IMG/VR virus record: IMGVR_UViG_2700989080_000001
Location: 14,065 to 78,064 of that record
From: a virus
Taxonomy: Duplodnaviria > Caudoviricetes
Reading direction: 5' to 3' (one strand)
Length of the DNA stretch: 64,000 nt
Of the stretch, positions 57,369 to 64,000 are shown in pieces (the first letter of the stretch is position 1; each line of letters opens with the position of its first letter). Both the position numbers and the translations under genes were made by a program. The notes below the pieces were generated by a model. That model searched no databases. It worked only from the letters and a program-made list of their open reading frames with translations, and was not told where the DNA came from.

Positions 57369-58994
57369 ATGCTCTTCGGATCACATGACTTCCAACTCAC
57401 AGACGATCAGAGCTGTGGCGATCGCATCCAACATCTCCGTATACGGATCCTGGTCCACTCATATTTGTACTACGAGATGGATCAGAACATCCTGACAGAT
57501 CGGGAGTTCGATGCTCTCGCCTACGAGCTGGTCGATCTGCAGAAGCGATATCCTGAGGTCTCGGAAGCCGTGTGGTACGAGCGTGACGCTTTCAGAGACT
57601 TCGACGGCTCCACGGGATTCCATCTCCCGTACAAGCAGAACGAGGTAGTCCACCAGATCGCCCAGATCCTCATCGATACGGTCGGTACCGAGACGCCGGC
57701 AGAGGGTGATGACGAATTCTACTACCTACAGCAACTCACACAACCCATAGAGAAGAAGGAAGGAGGTAAGCCAATGGGAGCAGTACAGCTATATCCTCAT
57801 CAGCAGGAAGCTGTCGAGAAGATGTCGAACGGCAAGGTTCTGGTCGGAGGTGTAGGGACGGGCAAGACGATCACATCGCTCGTATATTTCTACACCAAGG
57901 TCATGGGTGGCACACTGGGTGATCCGGGATCCGTCAAGACACCTAAGGACATCTACGTCTTCACCACGGCTCGTAAGCGTGACGAGCTGGACTGGCAGAA
58001 GGATGCAGCCAAGCTGATGATCGGTCGAGAGCGTGAGGCCTCGGTCGGTGGCATCCAACTCACGGTCGACTCCTACAACAACATCAAACGCTACGCCAAC
58101 GTCAAGGGCGCGTTCATCATCCTCGACGAACAGCGCATGGTCGGATCGGGTGCCTGGACTCGGGCGTTCATCAGTATGGCCAAGCACAACGAGTGGATCA
58201 TGCTCAGTGCCACGCCGGGCGACAAGTGGGAGGACTATATTCCACTGTTCATCGCCAACGGGTTCGTCAAGAACCGTACCGAGTTCAAGCGCAACCACAT
58301 CGTCTACGCCTCCTACTCCAAGTTCCCCAAAGTGGAGCGATATTTGGAGGTCGGCAAGCTCGTCCGATGGCGCAACCAGATTCTGGTGAAGATGCCGTAC
58401 GCCAGACACACCACACGCAATCTCCATGACGTGACAGTTCCGCACGACAAGGAGAAGATGGATCTGGTCATGAAGAAGCGGTGGAACCCGTACGAGAACC
58501 GCCCGCTTCAGGACGTCGCCGAGATGTTCGCCTGCATGAGGAGGGTGGCATATTCTCACCAGTCGCGTCGAGAGGCTGTGATCCAGCTACTCAAGCACAA
58601 CCACCCCCGACTTATCGTGTTCTACAACTTCAACTACGAGTTGGAGATTCTACGGACGATCGCCAAGGACGTGCCGGGTTTGCAGGTTGCCGAGTGGAAC
58701 GGTCATAAGCACGAACCTGTGCCGACTGGGGAGCACTGGCTATATCTTGTGCAGTACGTGGCTGGAGCTGAGGCGTGGAACTGCGTTGCTACGGACGCGA
58801 TCTGCTTCTACTCCCAGACATACTCGTACAAGAACTTCGAACAAGCGCAGGGCCGGATCGACAGGCTCAACACCCCCTTCAGTCAGCTCCACTACTATAT
58901 TCTGAAGAGCACGAGCCCAATTGATCTTGCCGTTTCTCGGTCACTTTCGCAAAAGAGGTCTTTCAACGAGTCCGAAATGTCCGACTTTTGGTGA
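57369..58994 (+). CDS. SF2 (SNF2-like) helicase with N-terminal LigA subdomain-Ia-like module; internal start at 57774
   Basis: LYPHQ, GVGTGKT, ILDE, SAT, QAQGRIDR; YLYYEMD...TDREFD.L..EL. Confidence 0.8.
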   Translation: MLFGSHDFQLTDDQSCGDRIQHLRIRILVHSYLYYEMDQNILTDREFDALAYELVDLQKRYPEVSEAVWYERDAFRDFDGSTGFHLPYKQNEVVHQIAQILIDTVGTETPAEGDDEFYYLQQLTQPIEKKEGGKPMGAVQLYPHQQEAVEKMSNGKVLVGGVGTGKTITSLVYFYTKVMGGTLGDPGSVKTPKDIYVFTTARKRDELDWQKDAAKLMIGREREASVGGIQLTVDSYNNIKRYANVKGAFIILDEQRMVGSGAWTRAFISMAKHNEWIMLSATPGDKWEDYIPLFIANGFVKNRTEFKRNHIVYASYSKFPKVERYLEVGKLVRWRNQILVKMPYARHTTRNLHDVTVPHDKEKMDLVMKKRWNPYENRPLQDVAEMFACMRRVAYSHQSRREAVIQLLKHNHPRLIVFYNFNYELEILRTIAKDVPGLQVAEWNGHKHEPVPTGEHWLYLVQYVAGAEAWNCVATDAICFYSQTYSYKNFEQAQGRIDRLNTPFSQLHYYILKSTSPIDLAVSRSLSQKRSFNESEMSDFW

Positions 58995-59005
58995 AAATCT
59001 GAAAA

Positions 59006-59220
59006 CTTAATACCCTATAAAAAGGCCAAAATATAGGGTATTAAGATTCGGGATTTTGGGGTGTTTTGGGGTGTTTTTGAGGTAGGTTTCAGGATTTGGC
59101 AGTGAACCTTGGTTGACGACCTGGGGAAACGACGAAATTCTGCCAAAAACTAACCCTAAACCTTTCCCTAGAAAGAACAACTTAATACCCTATAATAGTG
59201 GGTATATAGGGTATTAAGTT
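59006..59220. repeat. Two palindromes built from the same 14-bp arm in an AT-rich gap (candidate origin)
   Basis: CTTAATACCCTATA/TATAGGGTATTAAG at 59006-59045 and 59181-59218. Confidence 0.75.
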
Positions 59221-59288
59221 AGATCTACAAAAGTTTTTTTCCGGACAAATCTTGGCAAAAGTGACAACCACACAGGAACGAGACAAAC

Positions 59289-59780
59289 ATGTCTGAAATC
59301 TGGATGCCTATCCCTGAATTCAACAAGTATCTGATCAGTCCAGAGGGTGATATTAAGAACAAGCTGAGGGACAGCCTCGTTAAGACCTCCCAGAACGCAC
59401 AGGGAGTCGTTATGGTGAAGCTTATGGGTCCTGATGGCCGACACACCCGTTCAGTCGCTCTGCTTGTCGCTCAGGCCTATCTACCGCCACCTCGCAATCC
59501 GTCCTACAACTCGATCATATTCTTGGATGGTGATCGTACCAACTGCTCTGCGCTGAACCTGGCGTGGCGCCCTCGTTGGTATGCAGTTCGCTATCACAAG
59601 ATGTTCGATCGTGAGCCCATGAACATATCTGTGATGATCGAGGACACAGGCGAGGTGTTCGGCACTCTTCGTGAGGCCTGCATGAAGTATGGGCTCGAGG
59701 AACAGTACACGTACATCGACATGCTCAACGGAGATCCCTGCTTTCACTACGGATACCGGTTTCGTCACCTTAGTGAGTAA
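59289..59780 (+). CDS. NUMOD4 + degenerate HNH protein
   Basis: EIW.PIP.F..Y.IS..G; LVA.A.L; FLDGDRTN....NL.W. Confidence 0.75.
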   Translation: MSEIWMPIPEFNKYLISPEGDIKNKLRDSLVKTSQNAQGVVMVKLMGPDGRHTRSVALLVAQAYLPPPRNPSYNSIIFLDGDRTNCSALNLAWRPRWYAVRYHKMFDREPMNISVMIEDTGEVFGTLREACMKYGLEEQYTYIDMLNGDPCFHYGYRFRHLSE

Positions 59781-59793
59781 AGTGGGTATTTTA

Positions 59794-59818
59794 CCGCACA
59801 CAAAACATGGTATATAAT
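59794..59818 (+). promoter_or_regulatory. Phage promoter copy 14
   Basis: CCGCA-N14-TATAAT then AGAAGG, as in copy 5. Confidence 0.75.
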
Positions 59819-59881
59819 AGAAGGGATAGAATACCTCTGCCACGAATTCGTGGTTTTAACTTTTGATCAGGAGGCTCTGCT

Positions 59882-60211
59882 ATGCCTAGAGAAAGCGTCT
59901 ACCAGGCGAATCTCATCAAAAAGCTTCGCAAGCTGTACCCGGGCGCTATCGTTCTGAAGAATGATTCTGGCTACATGCAGGGCATTCCTGATCTCACCAT
60001 CCTGTATCGAGACAAGTGGGCTGCGCTGGAAGTCAAGGCTAAAGAACCTAACGGTTCCGATATTTTTCAGCCTAATCAAGAGTGGTTCATCGAGAAGATG
60101 AATGACATGTCGTTCGCAGCCTGCATCTATCCCGAAAACGAGAAGGAAGTACTTCGTGGACTTCAACAAGCACTGGCACCTCGAGGGCAAGCACGCGTTT
60201 CTGTCCGCTAG
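59882..60211 (+). CDS. VRR-NUC / resolvase-like PD-(D/E)xK nuclease
   Basis: E...Q, GIPDL, LEVK, Q. Confidence 0.8.
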   Translation: MPRESVYQANLIKKLRKLYPGAIVLKNDSGYMQGIPDLTILYRDKWAALEVKAKEPNGSDIFQPNQEWFIEKMNDMSFAACIYPENEKEVLRGLQQALAPRGQARVSVR

Positions 60212-60710
60212 CACATACCACTGGATCCGGTATGACGAGGAGAAGCTGGCCAACACCTTCCTCAACATGAAGGCCAAGCAGCGTGGTACCGAGCTCCACC
60301 AGCTCGCTTACGACTGCATTCGGTTGGGTGTCAACCTTCCGAAGACCAAGCAGACGTTGAATCGGTATGTCAACGATGCGATCGGTTTCCGCATGGTCCC
60401 CGAACAGTTGTTGGTATATTCTGACAACGCTTTCGGAACTGCCGATGCGATCTCTTTCCGGAAGAACAAACTTCGCGTTCACGATCTGAAGACCGGTGAG
60501 CATCCGGCCAATGGTGAACAGCTTGAGGTTTACAACGCGTTCTTCTGTTTGGAGTACATGCTCAAACCCTTCGAGATCGAGATCGAGAATCGGATCTATC
60601 AGAATGATGATTGCATTGTGTTCGAGCCCGACCCCGCAAAGATCACACACATCATGGACCGGATCGTCACCTTCGACAAGATCATCGACAAGATCAAGTC
60701 TGAAGTCTAA
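60156..60710 (+). CDS. PD-(D/E)xK (Cas4/RecB-like) exonuclease
   Basis: LSAS, GTELH, GTADAI, DLKTG, QL.VY. Confidence 0.75.
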   Translation: MDFNKHWHLEGKHAFLSASTYHWIRYDEEKLANTFLNMKAKQRGTELHQLAYDCIRLGVNLPKTKQTLNRYVNDAIGFRMVPEQLLVYSDNAFGTADAISFRKNKLRVHDLKTGEHPANGEQLEVYNAFFCLEYMLKPFEIEIENRIYQNDDCIVFEPDPAKITHIMDRIVTFDKIIDKIKSEV

Positions 60711-60740
60711 CCCAACCATATTTGAACGGAGGAATGCAGA

Positions 60741-63461
60741 GTGCTGATCAACGAAGATGACTACTTGGCACACTACGGTATTCTGCGTCGTTCGGGCAGG
60801 TATCCTTGGGGATCTGGTGGAACTCCCGAACAGAACCATCGCTCGTTCATGGGCATGGTAGGAGCTTTGAAGGCTGAAGGAATGTCTGATGCCGACATCG
60901 CTAAGGGTTTCGGTATCTCCACTCGAGACTATCTCGCTCTCAAGTCGATCGCTGTCAACGAGATCAAGGCAGCCAACCGCTCTCGTGCGGAACTTCTTCG
61001 TGCTACCGGCATGTCTCACAAAGCAATCGCTGAGGAGATGGGCCTTGCTGGTGAGTCTTCGGTTCGGGCTTTGTTGGCTCCCGGTGCTGCCATGCGAGCT
61101 AATCAGAATCAAGCCGTTGCCGATCTTCTCAAGGATCAGATCAAAGATGGCGGGTATCTCGACATTGGGGCCGGCAACGAGCTCTATGTTGGCATGTCTC
61201 GCACTCAGTTCGACACCGTGGTAGCAGGTCTTCGTAACGAAGGCTATGTGGTTCATCCGGTTCAGGTCGATCAGGTTGGAACCAACACCAAGACTCTGAT
61301 CAAGGTTCTGGCTCCTGAAGGAACCGAGTACAAGGACATCGTCACTAATCCGGAAGCGATCAAGTCTATCGCAGTCAAGCTGAAGGATGGCGAGATCGAA
61401 CACGTCCGTCCTCCTGAGATGCTGGATTCTAAGCGAGTCAAGGTCGTCTACGATGAGGATGGAGGTTCTCAGGCTGATGGTACGATGTACATTCGTCCGG
61501 GAGTCAGTGATCTCGATCTTGGTGGTGCACAGTATGCTCAGGTACGAATTGCTGTCGATGGCACGCACTACCTCAAGGGAATGGCTGTCTACAAGAATGA
61601 CCTTCCTCCTGGTGTAGATGTTGTCTTCAACACCAACAAGACCAACACCGGCAACAAGCTCGATGCTTTGAAGAAGATGAACCGTCTTCCCGAGCTCGAT
61701 GCAGATGGCAAGCCTGTCAAGGATGCTAAGGGTGATGTCGTCTTCTCTGACAAGATCGACATGTCGAATCCTTTCGGTGCAACCATCAAGCCTGGTGGTC
61801 AGCGTGGGGTTCTGAATGTTGTGAATGAGGAAGGCGACTGGAGTAAGTGGTCTAAGAACCTTCCTTCGCAGATGCTTTCCAAGCAGCAGCCTACGATTGC
61901 CAAGGAACAGCTGGACCGACTCTTCAACGACAAGAACTCCGAGCTCAATGAGATCATGGCTCTGACCAACCCTGCGGTCAAGAAGAAGTTGCTTCAGTCC
62001 TATGCCGATGGTGTGGATGCTGATGCTGTACATCTTCAGGCAGCACACATGCCTCGACAGGCTACACAGGTAATCCTTCCGATTCCTGTGGACAAGATGC
62101 GAGACACAGAGATCTATGCGCCCAACTTCCGTGATGGAGAACGGGTTGCTCTGGTTCGCTTCCCTCATGGTGGAACCTTCGAGATCCCTGAGCTCACAGT
62201 CAACAACCGCAATCCTGAAGCTAGGAAACTTCTAGGGACCAATGCTAAGGATGCCGTCGGCATCAATGCCCGTGTTGCTGAGCGTCTGTCTGGTGCGGAC
62301 TTCGATGGCGATACTGTCCTTGTGATTCCCAATGATCGTGGGAAGATCAAGAGCTCGCCTGCTCTCGAGGGTCTTAAGGACTTCAATCCTCAGAAGAGGT
62401 ACCCTGCTTACGAGGGTATGAAGCCTATGACTGCTAAGCAGAAGCAGCAGGAGATGGGTAGTGTCTCCAACCTCATCGCCGACATGACGATCAAGGGAGC
62501 CACCAACTCTGAGCTCGCCGCTGCTGTCCGTCACTCTATGGTTGTGATTGATGCTGAGAAACATAAGCTCAATTACAAACAGTCTGCGATTGACAACAAC
62601 ATCGTGGGTCTCAAGAAGAAGTACCAGGCTCGACCTGATGGTTCTCCTGGTGGTGCTGCAACGCTGATCTCTCGGAGTACTTCTGAGGTTCGTGTCAACG
62701 AGCGCAAGATCGGGTACAAGATCAACCCCGATACTGGTGAGAAGATCTTCACCGAGACAGGTAAGGGCTACACCAAGACTAAGGTCAACCCTAAGACTGG
62801 TGTGGTTACGGAGAAGTTCATCCCCCGTACTCAGAAGTCTACGAAGGGTGCTGAAGCTAAGGATGCCCATGAGCTTTCTTCGGGTACTCGAATGGAACAG
62901 ATCTATGCTGATCATTCGAATCGTCTGAAGGCTTTGGGTAACTCTGCTCGGAAGACTTTGATGGCTACGAAGTCGACGCCCTATTCCGACTCTGCTCGTA
63001 AGGTGTACGCCTCTGAAGTAAAGGCACTGGATGCGAAGCTTAACATCGCACTCAAGAATGCACCCCGAGAAAGACAAGCCCAGCTCATAGCCAATGCCAC
63101 CATCAAACAGAAGCGTGATGCTAATCCAGGGATGGAGCATGACGAACTGAAGAAGGTGAAAGCTAAAGCATTGGTTACTGCTCGTGCTCGAACAGGCGCA
63201 AGCAAAGAGCTGATCAACATCACTGACAGTGAGTGGGAGGCCATCCAAGCTGGTGCAGTGAGCACATCCAAGCTCACTAAGATCCTTGACAACACCAACC
63301 TTGATCGAGTCAAGGAGCTGGCCACACCTCGCAAGAACACAGTGATGACTGACCTCAAACAGCAGCGTGCTCGTCAGCTTCTCGCAAGCGGGCGCACTCA
63401 GTCTGAGGTTGCCGACATCCTTGGCGTTCCCCTATCCACCCTCTCGTCTAGCTTGCAGTAA
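60741..63461 (+). CDS. Putative single-chain double-psi-beta-barrel RNA polymerase with HYG tag and HTH domains
   Basis: YLAHYG; QVR....YLKGM; LVRFP; LSGADFDGD; HSMVVIDAEK; two N-terminal and one C-terminal HTH. Confidence 0.75.
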   Translation: MLINEDDYLAHYGILRRSGRYPWGSGGTPEQNHRSFMGMVGALKAEGMSDADIAKGFGISTRDYLALKSIAVNEIKAANRSRAELLRATGMSHKAIAEEMGLAGESSVRALLAPGAAMRANQNQAVADLLKDQIKDGGYLDIGAGNELYVGMSRTQFDTVVAGLRNEGYVVHPVQVDQVGTNTKTLIKVLAPEGTEYKDIVTNPEAIKSIAVKLKDGEIEHVRPPEMLDSKRVKVVYDEDGGSQADGTMYIRPGVSDLDLGGAQYAQVRIAVDGTHYLKGMAVYKNDLPPGVDVVFNTNKTNTGNKLDALKKMNRLPELDADGKPVKDAKGDVVFSDKIDMSNPFGATIKPGGQRGVLNVVNEEGDWSKWSKNLPSQMLSKQQPTIAKEQLDRLFNDKNSELNEIMALTNPAVKKKLLQSYADGVDADAVHLQAAHMPRQATQVILPIPVDKMRDTEIYAPNFRDGERVALVRFPHGGTFEIPELTVNNRNPEARKLLGTNAKDAVGINARVAERLSGADFDGDTVLVIPNDRGKIKSSPALEGLKDFNPQKRYPAYEGMKPMTAKQKQQEMGSVSNLIADMTIKGATNSELAAAVRHSMVVIDAEKHKLNYKQSAIDNNIVGLKKKYQARPDGSPGGAATLISRSTSEVRVNERKIGYKINPDTGEKIFTETGKGYTKTKVNPKTGVVTEKFIPRTQKSTKGAEAKDAHELSSGTRMEQIYADHSNRLKALGNSARKTLMATKSTPYSDSARKVYASEVKALDAKLNIALKNAPRERQAQLIANATIKQKRDANPGMEHDELKKVKAKALVTARARTGASKELINITDSEWEAIQAGAVSTSKLTKILDNTNLDRVKELATPRKNTVMTDLKQQRARQLLASGRTQSEVADILGVPLSTLSSSLQ

Positions 63462-63470
63462 GGAGTAGAC

Positions 63471-63713
63471 ATGGATGACTACATGCTCTCGACATCTGAC
63501 AATCCATTCAATCCTTACACACAGTGGGAACAGTGGTATGCCTTTGATGCAGCGGCCGGGTACCACACCCCTGCCTACCTGGCACGGATCGTTGTGACTT
63601 CTCACGAGCTGAGCGAGGCTGACCAATTGCTTGCTATTAAAGAAGGAATTGATGAGATCCTCGCAATGAACTTGACTGGTAATTACATCAAGGTCATGAA
63701 CCCCGCAGCCTGA
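63471..63713 (+). CDS. Small acidic hypothetical protein
   Basis: AAGGAG RBS; DNPFNP...W. Confidence 0.7.
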   Translation: MDDYMLSTSDNPFNPYTQWEQWYAFDAAAGYHTPAYLARIVVTSHELSEADQLLAIKEGIDEILAMNLTGNYIKVMNPAA

Positions 63714-63727
63714 GAAACCCATACCCC

Positions 63728-63781
63728 ATGCCGAGCCCCATCAGTCCTTGACAAGTTTCAGGGATTGGTGGGGTTCGGTGT
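63728..63781 (+). terminator. Long hairpin after last gene
   Basis: ATGCCGAGCCCCATCAGTCCTTGA/TCAGGGATTGGTGGGGTTCGGTGT; no clear U-tract. Confidence 0.55.
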
Positions 63782-63991
63782 GCTGCATCTAGAACACAGG
63801 TTCTTAAAATTTGCCCATATTCCCCACATACGGGTTCGCAATATTTACATTGCCACCCACTGTGTGTAGAAAAATTCGGATCTGCTACACGGCTTCTCAA
63901 AATTTGCGGAGTTTTGTTAGGTTTCCGACATTTGTGATTAATGTTCGAAGGTAGGGGGGAGGGGTCTCGCAACTGCCACCCCCCTCTGCAT

Positions 63992-64000
63992 CGCCGCCCT
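63992..64000 (+). other. Probable cohesive genome end (CGCCGCCCT)
   Basis: Window ends in non-coding DNA on a 9-mer resembling the 3' overhangs I recall for Rhodococcus Pepy6/Poco6-like phages (unverified recall). Confidence 0.55.

Noticed and set aside
60156-60710. Cas4 as sign of a CRISPR system
   Set aside because: Standalone phage PD-(D/E)xK exonuclease lacking the four-Cys Fe-S pattern; no array
60087-62168. 693-aa minus-strand ORF and other long reverse ORFs
   Set aside because: Overlap well-supported + strand genes; no recognisable domains
1-64000. Prophage or temperate lifestyle
   Set aside because: No integrase, repressor cassette or host genes in the window; the unseen left end could still hold other genes such as the endolysin

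Overview
The window is the right-hand ~64 kb of a lytic-looking actinobacterial siphovirus. A lysin-B/cutinase-like hydrolase suggests a mycolic-acid host such as Rhodococcus or Gordonia. All credible genes are on the + strand. The window starts inside a gene and ends in CGCCGCCCT, a likely cos end. Layout: 2H-phosphoesterase fusion, terminase, six 'FLAHYGVKGMKWG' proteins, portal, protease-scaffold-capsid fusion, tail genes and tape measure (1-26.8 kb); promoter/terminator cassettes carrying small genes and ncRNAs (26.8-36.5 kb); a helicase-primase-PolB fusion, nucleotide metabolism genes and several paralog arrays (37-60 kb); and a 906-aa protein near the right end. The best candidate for an undescribed system links four observations. 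(i) The 906-aa protein has the motifs of a single-chain two-barrel RNA polymerase (QxR..KG, RxP, GADFDGD, DxxK) plus three HTHs. (ii) It begins with the same acidic-LAH|YG tag as the head-module proteins, and that tag matches xxH|small sites in the capsid scaffold, suggesting a cargo packaged into the head and cleaved by the capsid protease. (iii) There are 14 copies of a non-canonical promoter, YCGCA-N14-TATAAT. (iv) Three of these promoters drive structured non-coding RNAs, including a tRNA mimic with no anticodon loop, and two other hairpins display the antisense of the shared mRNA leader. No endolysin, small terminase, integrase or CRISPR array is visible. Family assignments come from motif recognition only; no database searches were run.
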